Source: Octopus vulgaris (taxonomy: Eukaryota). From it: a stretch of DNA of 64,000 nucleotides. This document shows positions 27,900 through 40,044 of the stretch, piece after piece; position 1 is the first letter of the stretch; the number at the start of each line of letters is the position of its first letter. The notes beneath the pieces are model-generated. The model saw nothing but the letters and a program-made list of their open reading frames with translations, had not been told where the DNA came from and ran no database searches. Made by a program: the position numbers and the translations under genes. The stretch is taken from NCBI GenBank assembly GCA_951406725.2, contig OX597830.1, positions 61,752,001 through 61,816,000 of the forward strand. Reading direction: 5' to 3'.

Positions 27900-28100
27900 G
27901 GAACAATGCCATCAATTTTGGAGGAGGTGCTAAACTGATTACATCGATCCCAGTACTCAACTGGTACTTATTTTATTGATCCCGAGAGGGGGCATAGGCA
28001 AAATGGACCTCGGCGGAATTTAAACTAACAACTTAAAGACGGACGAATTGCCGCAAAGTATTTTGCCCAGTACGCTAACGATTCTGCCAGCTCGCCGCCT
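27900..28100 (-). mobile_element. SINE family B, older subfamily
   Basis: Diverged match ending ...CTGCCAGCTCGCCGCCT. Confidence 0.75.
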
Positions 28101-30472
28101 TACAGTAGCAAAATAATAGACAACAACTCAAAAGGTAGACGTAGCGGGTGAAGAACAAAGAATTTATTGGTGAGCATGGTTTCGAAAGATATAGTAACTG
28201 CTTGACTTAAAATATGACCTGGGATCGATTTCTTAGACTAACCCAATCAAATAAGGAAGTAAATGAAAATGTAACAATATGCTGATAATATTTTGGACTG
28301 CAAATTTACAATATTGACAATATACAACATTCACCTCTATTTGTGATCGTTTCATCCCGAATTCTATTTCACATTACTATTTCTATTTCATATTTTTATA
28401 CTGTTGAATAAGTTTATTAATTTGCATCTTTAAAGTTTACATCTTTTTTAATTTATTTCTATGACAAGAACCGAGTTTAACTGCCTAATGAGTGGCATCG
28501 AGAGTTAATGAGAAGCATTCAGAATGGATTGATTTTCTCGACATCAAAATTAACAAGCTTTCCGAATTATTTGTATAACATTAGGCAAATGTCGCAGAAT
28601 AGAGGTACAGTGCGTCTAGATTTACGATTGGAGCTATGTTAATAATGACCTTGCGCTAAGTATGAACTTCTTGACTTCATGTATTATAAATTTATAATTT
28701 ACATATTCTTTCTTATTTGGAAAGCAGTTATTTTACAAACTTTGGGGAGCATTCAACTAATCGAATAATGCGAAAGCAAAATGACATGCAAATATCTTAC
28801 TTAATTCTTAAACTTTCAAATATACTAACAAGTCTAAATAATATTAAATAATAATGGAAATACTGCATTAAATGATAAAAAAAAAAGAAATATAATACCG
28901 AAATAAGATAACAAAATGAGTTGAAATATTTTCATAATCTTATTGGCAAATATCTCACAGCCTACAACTTCCAACCTAAAACCAGAACAAGTGAATTTCA
29001 ACGCGTTCTGGAAACCGGTGCAAAATTTCTTATAAATTTATAATGAATATTGCTTTAATTGGCTTAAATAAGAACGAGTTGGTTTTAGAGATATTAGATC
29101 TTTTAGAAACAATAGCGCTCACAAAGTATGTGGGTTGACAAACAATACTTAGTTTTGTGCCTCTATCTTTCGAATTTTGGCCGATAAATACATTTTTCGT
29201 TATGCACTGGAATTTATTTCATAAACAAATTATTGATGCGTTACACAATGTTTTGATGTTGTAACGTACCTTATAAGAAATCTACGTTTTTGGCCGACAC
29301 TACGTTCGTAAATAAACTAAATTCAAATTGTGAATAACCATCCCATCTCTTTTACATAGTTTCTTTAAGAGCAGAAAAGAGGGATCAGTTTGGCTGGTTG
29401 CACTTTTTTCTGCATCTCTTTCGGAATAAGCATCTGTCGCATGTGACCGCAGAGACTGTAAATGTATTCTAAAGTATACTTTAAATCAAACTGGGTTTAC
29501 TCTCTCGCAAAGATCAATTTCTGCAGGTACAAACTCAGAAGCAACTATGTAACTAAGAGACTGGCTTCCCGAACATGTAATTTAAGTTCGATCCAACTGT
29601 TCGGTACCTTGGAAAAGTTGCTTCCGTCGTATGTAACTAGCGTTCTGTGATTGGAATTTGTCGAAAAACTGTACGAAAACCCGAAAACGGTGTTTTCAAA
29701 CCAAAAAGTAACCTCAAATAGAGCCCAGACTACGTGGCTTCAAAGCCAACCTCTTGACCACATATGGCTATAGTTGCATCCATACTTGCACAAGTCCAAC
29801 TTTGCAAGAAAGGAGATTGGTTCATACAGTAAATTTCCTTTGGAATAAATCCAAGCTGTTTTTTATAACAATATCCCTGAGTTCAGAGTTGCACATAGGG
29901 GACGATATCAGTGTTTCTGTGATAATATAACGAACAAGCAATGGACCCTTTAAAAAATCTCTAACCAACGACATTGTTCACAAAATGCGATATGGAACTT
30001 AAAATCAATATTTTCAATGAAAGAGTAAAAAGGTGATTAGTTAAGTTTTCTTAAATGAATATATATTATACAAATGGGTATTTTCATATTGTAAATATAT
30101 TAAGAAAATATCATTAAATAAAACTACAATATAATAAATCCTTCAGAAAATAGCATTGGAAATTGAATCCTTAGATTATTTAAGGAGGATTTACTATTGG
30201 AATGCAAACATTTGGGAATTGGTCATTCTCTGTGATAAGTGAATGATGCTTATTAATTTTATCTCGTAGCAATTAGGAATGTTGAAAGCAACATGTTCTT
30301 ACTATCATGAGCATTTATACCGCAACAGGATCCTCATTTTTCAAAATTTTGCGTTGTTACACGCATACAGAAATCAATAAAATTGAATATAATTAAATTT
30401 CTATCTAATGCTAATTTTTTTTTTTTTTCATTTTCCATCTTTTGATTTACAGATTTCAACAAATCAATAAAT

Positions 30473-30648
30473 ATGCAGAAAATCATCATCACTCTTCTAG
30501 TTGTTGGGATTATGTTTGCTATGCAGGTTTCCTGCCAGGAAAGTATGCTTGCACCTCCCAACCGTCCCTCTGAATTCAGAAGTCCCGAAGAGCTTAGAAA
30601 GTATCTTAAAGCCCTCAATGAATACTATGCCATTGTTGGTCGACCCAG
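30473..30648 (+). CDS. NPF: Neuropeptide F (NPY/NPF family) precursor, first coding exon
   Basis: Acceptor tttacAG at 30451-2. Translates MQKIIITLLVVGIMFAMQVSC|QESMLAPPNRPSEFRSPEELRKYLKALNEYYAIVGRP(R). Donor GT at 30649 splits the Arg codon in phase 2, the conserved NPY/NPF intron position. Confidence 0.97.
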
Positions 30649-30884
30649 GTAAAACGTTACTATTTTATTGTTAATATTTTCTTCGAAACAAAAATTCAAG
30701 TATCACAATTACAATAGTTGAGAGTTTTATACAAATGAAATGTTTAGACATGTACAGTGGTTGCGAGTTTTAAACTTGTATACAAGTTTCTTGGAAAAGC
30801 TGTTCAGCTTTGCCAGTACTGAGAGCGCTCAGGAGCAAAAATGTATTCTCGCATTAAGAAGAGTCTGTTTGTTGTGAGTTTACA

Positions 30885-31317
30885 TTACAGCTTTTAGTGG
30901 AAGTAACACCCCCTCCCCATTGTGGTTAGCCATGATAAGATGGCTTCTATACTTTACATTATCGAGCGATTACTGTTTCAATCTCATTCTGAGATTTAAT
31001 TATGCTTACTGTTCGTTTTTCGGCATCAGTGGCAGACGCCATTAGAAAAACTTATATCTATTTGCAAAGGAGCCTTCTCTTTCATCGCTACCTCGTGGTT
31101 ACCGCCCGTTGACGAGGGACAACAATCCCGAAACTAGTTCGAGCGTATCACTCAGGCTTGCGAGGAAGGGATGGCCTCCCTTTGCAAATACTCCAAGGAC
31201 ACAGATATTGTGTCTAAAGCCAGCTAGAGACGAAGATCTCTTGGGGCTATAAAGCTACAGTAACACCCCCTCCCCAATGTGGTTAGCCATGATAAGATGA
31301 CTTCTATACTTTACATA
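30885..31317 (+). mobile_element. Hammerhead-bearing unit with a 357-bp period (Penelope pseudo-LTR/retrozyme-like) in an NPF intron
   Basis: Direct repeat GTAACACCCCCTCCCCA.TGTGGTTAGCCATGATAAGATG.CTTCTATACTTTACAT at 30903 and 31260; homologous to 38697-39122. Confidence 0.7.
31103..31145 (+). ncRNA. Minimal type-I hammerhead-like motif
   Basis: CGCCCG-TTGACGA-GGGA-CAACAA-TCCC-GAAAC-TA-GTT-CGAGCG; palindromic stem III AACTAGTT. Confidence 0.65.
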
Positions 31318-31868
31318 ATCACGCTAAAGTTTTTGTGAAAGTCATGAGTGTTACATATGATCACCACCATCACCACCCCCATCGAAATTACGGAGCCTTT
31401 GTACCTAATATTAAGAAGCCAGTATATTGAATTTATAAACTTAAAATAATATCCATCTTTGACTATATCTCATTACTAATATTATCTCTGATATTTTGAA
31501 CGTAAATATAATGATTGTGGTAACATCTAGCTAATTGAAGTTAAATAATTACTGAAACCTCATTAAGTAACTCAAATGTTTCAGGGCAACTGGCATAACA
31601 GGACAAACAGATGAGAGCTAGCGAAATGGATGACAATTATCCTGGCCAAAGATCACCCGATTTGGCCATTGGAATGTATTGAGACGGATAATTGCTTTTG
31701 TTTAGCTCCAGATTAGCCCATACAGACGTTCCAGTTGTGATTATCCAATCCATTCAATCTAAGATACACCTGTTATACTATCGCCCAGTTGTCGAATTCC
31801 TTAAAATATAACCCCAAATCCTTTAAAATTCCAGCAAATCAGTATTATTTCATTATCGCATAGTCAAT

Positions 31869-32225
31869 TTGGAAGCACTCCGTCGGTTACGACGACGAGG
31901 GTTCCGGTTAAATTAAGGTGTAAGTGGCTGAGCACTCCACAGACACATGCACCCTTAACGTAGTTCTCGGGGATATTCAGCGTGATACAGAGAGTGACAA
32001 GGCCGGCCCTTTGAAATACAGGTACAACAGAAACAGGAAGTAAGAGTGAGAGAAAGTTGTGGTGAAAGAGTACAGCAGGGATCACCACCATCCCCTGCCG
32101 GAGCCTCGTGGAGCTTTTAGGTGTTTTCGCTCAATAAACACTCACAACGCCCTGTCTGGGAATCGAAACCGCGATCCTATGACCGCGAGTCCGCTGCCCT
32201 AACCACTGGGCCATTGCGCCTCCAC
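31869..32225 (-). mobile_element. SINE family C with 14-bp TSD, in an NPF intron
   Basis: TSD ATCGCATAGTCAAT at 31855-31868 and 32226-32239. Confidence 0.93.
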
Positions 32226-32482
32226 ATCGCATAGTCAATATCGCTTCACTTATTGAGGTGGCGTTATTCTTGCAGTGAAGCGCTAAAATGTTACAGCTGT
32301 CTTCACTATTTTTTCCAGCCTATTTTTCATTCGTATTTTATACAAAATTTAATAATTAATATTGACCAGATATTCATGTAAAATGATTCTGCCTAAACAA
32401 CAATTGTGAAATAGAAAATCTATTTTGTATTTGTAACTTCGATGACTATGTTAATGTAAAAATATCTTCTCTTTTAATTAAG

Positions 32483-32556
32483 GTTTGGACGCAGTGTCAG
32501 CAAAAGAGCTGCCTCTAATACTTTCGCTGAAGCACTGACTTCCAAAAGAAATGACG
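32483..32556 (+). CDS. NPF: NPF precursor, second coding exon
   Basis: cttttaattaAG|G TTT GGA CGC...: (R)FGRSVSKRAASNTFAEALTSKRND; completes the RPRF-G-R amidation signal; donor GT at 32557 (phase 1). Confidence 0.95.
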
Positions 32557-33759
32557 GTAATATAGTTTATATATTTAGATATTTTGCTTCAAAATCATTT
32601 TGTGGTTAAATTTTATTTATTACATCACACAACGTTTTACAATATTACTTTCAAAATCCCCATCTATTAGTTAGTGATTAATTATATAAGCTTACAATAT
32701 TTACAACGATAGACCGTTGGTTAACTAAAGCTAACTCAATAGACGTAACTATTCCCTTGAAGGTCCATAGTTAGACCTATCTATGTTCTATATATCAATC
32801 TCATTGTAGTTACCCTGCCCATTCGAAGCTAGTAGAGTAGTGACGTCAATATAACTAACTGTACGCATCCCTAAATCAGGGTTGTATTACAGTATTATAA
32901 GCTTCAGGATAAAGCAATGCACAAGCATCCTCTACGTGCACAACCAAAGCATAAGTAGATTAGCAATGGGTCCTTAGACCCGCAGATCACACAGACAACC
33001 TTTAGCTGTGTCCTCGCCTTAAGACATTACTGTTCCAAAATGAGGCCTTGTACCTATGTTAAAAATTACTATATTATAGAATTTGTTTACAGTTAATTTG
33101 TTTGCAGTTTACAATATCATGTTGACAGAAATGTTTGTGTGCTAATTAACATTTTTGATTTTGTTCTAATTTCAAATCCGGTTAGAAATAACTTCGCTGT
33201 CAGAATCGGCTAAACAAAAAAAAAATCAACGTAGACAAAAGATCTAGCTGAGTCAATATTAATTGTAATAATGTACTATCATATCTATCGGCTTTTTAAC
33301 CAACACTGTATACTAGGACGATTGCAAACATTTCATTTATACAATAGGTGTGTGGACTGTAAAATGGAGAGCAGCTGTAAATACAATTCGACTTGTTTTG
33401 AGGTCTTTGCCAGTAGAATACTGAACATTTCAAAAAGCGTCAAAATGTCTGCACACAGTTTTCTACAAACGGATTGTTTGCAACCATGGTAACACATAGT
33501 GTTGGCCGAAAAAAAATATATAGATTTGTCCTATAAGTACATTATAGCAATGTTAACACCCAGATTATTTAACATCAATTTTTATTGTTAAAGTAGTATA
33601 GTCGTCCTTTTTTTTTTTTTTCTTTTTTTCTTTGAAAAACTGTATTATATTGTAGGAAAAAATGATTATACAAAATAGTTTCGAATTAATATTTGATATA
33701 AAATATATTTAACCAATTTGAGAACGGAGTTAATACTATATTTTATTTGTTTCTTTCAG

Positions 33760-33764
33760 AATAA
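33760..33764 (+). CDS. NPF: NPF precursor, last coding bases (E, stop), followed by the 3' UTR
   Basis: Strong acceptor ttttatttgtttctttcAG at 33758-9; G+AA=Glu then TAA; total CDS 255 nt (84 aa). Confidence 0.75.
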
Positions 33765-33928
33765 TCAAAAAGGAAACTTAGAAACTTATCTCAACAGCAA
33801 TACATGGAAATGAAACCATGTTGCTTTTCCATACAGATGCCGCTATTTTCTGAACAAACTGTTTTTCTTAATCATTTTAAATATAAAACAAACACTTCCT
33901 AATTGTTTTGATCTCTATGGTGATCATG

Positions 33929-33934
33929 AATAAA
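33929..33934 (+). terminator. Putative NPF polyadenylation signal
   Basis: AATAAA about 165 nt after the stop, followed by a GT/T-rich tract (tgttttgttct). Confidence 0.6.
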
Positions 33935-34165
33935 ATATGTACATAAAATATTCAACTGTTTTGTTCTAGTATTTTGTTTTCTACATTGCCACAATACTTG
34001 CTTTTTTTCTTCCAAATTTTTTTATAAGCATGAAATCTTTTCACTTTTATTATGTGCATTCAGAGTTGTGGGTTTCTCCAAATTACATCTTCAGATGCTT
34101 TCATTCGATTAATAGAAAACTACGGTTAATTTTTCAAAACGAGCATTACATTCATAGTGAAAGTA

Positions 34166-35450
34166 CGAGGGGCGTTCAATAAGTAATGCCCCTGACCTAC
34201 TTCCCATAGCAGTAGAGCAACGAAACTTGGCACAGTTATTAGTCTTTTTCTACATAGGAACCACCCAGAGTTACGTCCATTTCTCCCATCGTTTGATGCG
34301 GCTCTGGAGACCGTTTTGTAGAAGAACCCAGCTTGGTCCTCCAACGTGACTTCAGAAATCAAGGCTGCATCATCTGGGAAACGCTTTCCTTTCAAAAACA
34401 ACTTCATGATTGGGAAGAGGTGAAAATCAGAGGGTGCAAGGTCAGGAAAGTAGGGGGGATGGGGAGGAGTTCATAGCCATACGCCTGTGCTTCTGATCTG
34501 GCGACAAGCGAGTTGTGGACCGGAGCGTTGTCCTGCAGGAGGAGGATGCCTTTGCTGATCTTGCCCCGCCTCTTGATTTTGATAGCTTCTCTTAATTTCC
34601 TCAAAAGTGAAGCATAATAGGCTCCTGCAATTGTGGTACCCTTTGCCAGGAAATCTGTCATCACTACTCCGTCCTGGTCCCAGAAGACTGTGAGCATGAC
34701 CTTGCCAGCGGAGGGCTGCACCCTTGCCTTCTTTGGAGTGGGTGAGTCACGGTGCTTCCACTGCATTGACTGGGCTTTGGTCTCTGGATCATCGTGATGG
34801 ACCCAGGTTTCATCCTATGTAATCAGTCTTTTGAAAATTTTGACTCATCTTCTTGGCACATCTCCAAATTCACCCTCGAGCACTCGACGCGTTCTTGCTT
34901 CTGGAAAGGCGTGAGCAACCTGGGAATCCATCTGGCAGACACCTTTTGCATATGCAAATGGTCATGAATGATGTTTCCACAGACCCGGTACTAATCTTGA
35001 CCTCATGGGCTATTTGGCGAATAGTTATGCGTCGATCTTCCAAAATGGCAGCCTCAACTTAACGGACAGATGCCTCATCAATGGCAGAAGGGGGGCGACC
35101 AGATCTGGGAGCTGTTTCCACAGAGTTCCGACCATGTTTGAATTCACGATGCCAGCGTTTTGCAAGGTCATATGATGGGGCATCATCACCATAGGTTACT
35201 TTCATTTCATCAAAAGTCTCCCGTGGTGTGCGTCCTTTCAAATACAAAAACCGGATCACTGCTCGACATTCAACAGGCTCCATTTCACACTTGACTCGGT
35301 TCAAACACCTGTAAATCAGAAACCACAATTAATTCAGAGCTGTAATTTTCCACTTAATCTATAGAGATATAAATGATTGCACATGCAAAGTTTCAGCTAG
35401 ATCAAACAACTGCAAGTGGGTCAGAGGCATTACTTATTGAACGTCCCTCG
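34166..35450 (-). mobile_element. Full-length mariner (Tc1/mariner) element with disrupted transposase
   Basis: TIRs CGAGGG(G/A)CGTTCAATAAGTAATGCC, TA on both sides, 1285 bp. Fragments MEPVECRAVIRFL...RSGRP, WKHRDSP...GKVMLTVFWD...LLQDNAPVH; stops and frameshifts. Confidence 0.95.
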
Positions 35451-35632
35451 TAAAATCCAAACAGACCGATATTAACGAATTTCAAACTTAAAAACATCTC
35501 TGCGCTTGTTTTTCATAATGAAATATACATTGATTCAACATGGAACTGTTATCGCGCTGTCTAATGGAGAAACAATATTTTATTAAGAGTTCAAACTACT
35601 TTGACGTTCTCTGCTTTATTATTTTCTATTGA

Positions 35633-35840
35633 AAGGCAGAATCTTTACCGCACCAGACAAAATGCTGAGCGGAATTTATTCCGGCTCTCCCGTTCTGAGT
35701 TCAAATATCACTGAGGTCGACTCTGCCTTTCATCCCTTCGGGGTCGATAAATTAAGTAGCAGTTTAACACTGAAGACGATTTAATCAACTCGACCTCTCC
35801 ACTAAAAATTTCAGGCCTTGAGCCTATTGTAGAAAGGATT
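35633..35840 (+). mobile_element. SINE family B, diverged
   Basis: Central domain GCCTTTCATCCCTTCGGGGTCGATAAATTAAG. Confidence 0.7.
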
Positions 35841-36062
35841 TTTTCTATTGTATATTCTCTACTCACCTTCACAGCTAGGATAAACGACCAAGCGCACTTT
35901 ATGAAACGTCCATAACGATCATTTAACAAACATATTGTTTGAACGAGAACAATGATTTCTCCAAAGACAGTCGTCGATTCCCACTGGATAAGTTGATGTG
36001 GATCATGGTTAAAGGAACTGTTAAGTTGATGAAGAAATGTTATACATATGTATATCTTTTTT

Positions 36063-36493
36063 TTATTCTTTTACTTATTTCAGTCATTTGGCTACGGTCA
36101 TTCTGGAGCACCGTCTTGAAGGATTTTAGTCAAACACATCGACCCCCACCCCAGGATTTATTTTTCAAAGCCCAGCACTTATTCTATTGGTCTCTTTTGC
36201 CGAACCGCTATGTTACGAGAACATGAGCACACCAACATCGATTCTCAAGTGGTGATGTGGGGACTATTACAGACACAAAGACACACACACATAGATATAC
36301 ACATAGGTATTCATACATATATACATATACGACGGGCTTCTTTCAGTTTCCGTCTACCAAATTCACTCACAAGACTTTGGTCGACCTGAGCCTAGAGTAG
36401 AAGACAGTTAACCAAGCTGTCACGCAGTGGAACTGAAACCATAAGCGTTTGGTTGGGAAGCAAGCTTCTCACCACACAGCCACGTCTGCGCCT
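36063..36493 (-). mobile_element. SINE family A, diverged
   Basis: Full-length older copy. Confidence 0.82.
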
Positions 36494-37427
36494 ATACACA
36501 CACACACACACACACACACAAACTCAACCATGTATTAAATCAAAATAGAACAAGACAGCCATCATTCAACATTAAATATATATATATATATATATATATA
36601 TACAAAATAAGAAAATGGAGAAACACACCTTAATCAATAATCAACTACGAGATAGTACCCAATCACATAATTTATTAAACCACTACATATGAACATCAAG
36701 GTCAAAGAAGTTTTGAATGCCTGCCATGGTGAGTCTACTATCGTGAGAAAGAATAATTTCAAAACTTGGTGTTTAGGAATTTTCTTTTACATCAAGTTCA
36801 AAATTTTACGCCAGCCGTTAAACTGCCACTATGTTACTGTCCGTCATTAAGAAATGCCAGCCATGCTGACTCTACTATCCTCAGATTCTATCCTTTCAAA
36901 CTTTGGTTTCCAATATTTTTTATTTTTATTCAGTTCGCAAGTTCGTCTGTCCCTTTTAAATGTTAGTATTTTGCTGTCTGCCTTGAAGCAGACCTTTCCG
37001 TTGTCACTGCCTGATATTTATGATTGATCTTTCCAAATATTTTATTTCTCAACTTACTCAAGATCTTTTGTTGTTTATAAATGGAAGAGAGATAGATAGA
37101 GAGAGATAGAGAGTAAGAGAAAGCGAGAGAGAAAGGAAGAGTAAGTGAGTGGGAAAGTGAGAGAGAAAGGAGAGAGAAACAAAGAGGGAGAATGTAGTGA
37201 TAAACAACAGAAAGGAAGCAACAGAAAGTAACAACCACACTCTTACCCGCGCGTAGAGCGAATCACCGTGAGCTAGTTCTTTATATAACTACATTCAATA
37301 ATCAGTTTACTTTTTTCTATCACATACATACATACATACACACATGCGTACGTACGTACATACATACATACATACATACATGTATGCATGCATACATGCG
37401 TGCATACATACATACACACATACATAC

Positions 37428-37473
<46 letters not shown>

Positions 37474-37742
37474 CTAACTGTTACTTTCTCAGATGCAGCA
37501 CGGATTTTTGTCAGTGAACAGGTCGCGGTCTTAAAGCGACGAAAATATTTTGACAAATTAAACTTAAATGTTGAAGTGAATCGAACGGCTTTTGTGTGTT
37601 TCTTAAATGACTTACAAACACCTTCCACGCCGCAATTGCTTTCGTTTCAGCACACGATCTCAGATCAAATCACTTGCTATGCAAGTACATCTCTGTAATT
37701 AGCAACCTTTCTTTTCTACAAATTTCATACTTGATGACCTAA

Positions 37743-37800
<58 letters not shown>

Positions 37801-37804
<4 letters not shown>

Positions 37805-39199
37805 CAGAGAAAGCCGGCGTTGCTCGGGATTAAAATGGCATTGCTTGTATATATATTACAGTTGTGTTGAAACAGGTGATACAGGAAAGTGCAGCATTGA
37901 CAACAAAACATTTGTGGAGTAAATAATGGGCTAATTCTACCACGCAGCATGTCATGCGTCCGTTTGAAGTATTCCAGGCCCTAACTTGTCTTGGAGAATT
38001 GGGGTGAGGGCTATGTGATTTTTGAACGCACCGAAAAGCTGTCAGTGGATATACTGTCCATTGATCGGCGCTGCGTCTAACACGACCCATCATCTGAAGA
38101 TTTAACACCTCCTTCGAGTTTATTGTCCTACTTCACTCATGGAGTAAATTTAGAGGAACAGTGGTTGTTCATTTGTATGTAACAGGGAAGCAATGAGGTG
38201 ATAGATTTGCCCTTGAACTTTGAACGCCGGCATAAATCCATGTTCAACTATCCCGCTATATATGAAAAACGAATTTGTACGTAGTCTGTTTCAGGGAGTT
38301 GTCCTATTGGACCTCTATCTAATCATTAAAACGTTGTTTGAAATGTTGCAGCATGCGTTTGCTGATCTTGGGAACGTCTCATCTCCCTTCTCGCTTCTCT
38401 CTTGAGACTCCATCTGACGTGCTGCAGCATGCCTTTGCTGTTCTTGAGAAAGTCTCATCTCCTTTCTGTCTTGAGATTCTCGCCTTTGGTTTTCTACAAC
38501 CCTCCTCGCTTTATACTTGTTTCTGGAGAGAGTACGTCTTTTCTTTGGTGGTTTACACTGACATGGTCGTAAAGTCGGAAAATTCACATTAGGATGATCT
38601 TAGTGTTATTACATTAGAATTAAAAGTAAAAGCATAAAAATGAAACAGTATTATAGGTTTAGCATCAAAAGTGAAATAATAAAAGTGAAACAATAATATA
38701 ACAATGTAAAGTATAATAGCCATCTCAATATGGCTAACCACAAAGGGGGGTGTTACTGTAGCTTTTTAGCCCCAGGAGATCATCGTCTCCAGCTGGCTTT
38801 AGGCACACTATCTGTGCCCTTATGGTATTTGCAAAGGGAGGCCATCCCTTTCTCGTAAGCCTAAGTGATACGCACCGGACCGCGGTTTCGAGGTTATTGC
38901 CTCTTATCAACGGGCGGTAATCACTGGATCACGATGAAAGAAAAAGTCTGTTTGCAAATATATAAGAGTCTTTCTAGTGACTTCTGCCACTGATTTCGAA
39001 AGACTGTCTGTAAGCATTATTAAATCTCAGAAGCTACAGTAACACCCCCCTTTGTGGTTAGCCATATTGAGATGGCTATTATACTTTACATTGTCGAGCG
39101 GTTACTGTTTACATCTCGTTCTTGATTTGGTCGAGATTTTCGTTTGAGAATGCATAGAGAACAGACAGACACACAGACAAAGAATTTTATATATATAGA
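37801..39199 (-). mobile_element. Complete-ended non-autonomous Helitron (deletion derivative)
   Basis: Minus strand starts TCTATATATATAAAA (39199) and ends CCCGAGCAACGCCGGCTTTCTCTGCTAG (37801), inserted between A and T with no TSD. Internal RepHel relics: RLSQEQQRHAAARQMES and GFMPAFKVQGQIYHLIASLL. Confidence 0.9.
38871..38917 (-). ncRNA. Minimal type-I hammerhead-like motif with U3:A8 core variant
   Basis: Minus strand: CCGCCCG-TTGATAA-GAGG-CAATAA-CCTC-GAAAC-CGCG-GTC-CGG; palindromic stem III ACCGCGGT, GUC triplet. Confidence 0.7.
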
Positions 39200-39203
39200 T
39201 ATA

Positions 39204-40044
39204 TAGCAACGAAGCTAAAGCACGCAGATTGAAGCCGCTTGGCAAAGACTGACTTTCAACTCTGTTGTGCATACGTACTAATTGTTAACGTTCTAGGTCA
39301 CTTCCGCTGGTCATTTACAGCAGTGCTTGGAATGGAGGTGTGTAGCGTATGATAGTCGCATTGGCAGTAATAGAGAAATTTGTCATGACGATGCCTGCTC
39401 AGAGGCCAACCCAAAGTTGCAAAAAGTGTATGGAGAGGAGTGTATGAGCCGCACACAAGTGTACGAGTGGTTCAGACGTTTCCGAGATCGCTGAAATATG
39501 TCGATATTAACGAAAGTTCTGGGAGGGCCCACAACCAGCAGAACTGAGAAAAACATCGCAGATGTGCGCGCAGCTGTGAGGAGAAATCGTTGAATCACCA
39601 TCCATGAGTTATAAGAGAATGTGCAGATTAGTTACGGTTCAGCCCATTAGCACTGAAGATTTGGGTATGAGACACGTGTCCGCCAGGTTTGTGCCAAAAC
39701 TGCTTTCAGCTGACCAAAAAACATTCGGGTTTCAGTTGCACAAAATCTCTGTGGTTGTGTCGGGAACGATGAACATTTTTTGCAAACTTTGAGCAGGTAT
39801 CGCCAAGCTTTTGGCAAAATTTTGATGCAGATTCTCTGCTCAACTTTCGGTCAATGTGACGATCACACGCTACACACCTTCCTTCTAAGTACTGCTGTAA
39901 AGAGCGAAAGTAAGCTAGAAAGTTAAAACTTAGTGCACATGCACAGCAGAGCTCAAGGTCAATGTGTGCCATGCGGCTTCACGCTGCGTGCTTTAGCTTC
40001 GTTACTAAGGCAACCGTCCGGATACTTATTGATCAGACTACGTA
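39204..40044 (+). mobile_element. Mariner-derived relic with folded-back 5' region
   Basis: LQKVYGEECMSRTQVYEWFRRF...LGMRHVSARFVPKLLSADQK. 39204-39430 is loosely mirrored at 39780-40010, ending in the TIR-like GATACTTATTGATCAGACTACG-TA. Confidence 0.75.

Noticed and set aside
28100-30450. NPF promoter and 5' non-coding exon
   Set aside because: Must exist upstream, but several donor and TATA candidates are equally plausible; none can be supported.
30334-30618. 94-aa minus-strand ORF
   Set aside because: Antisense shadow of the NPF exon.
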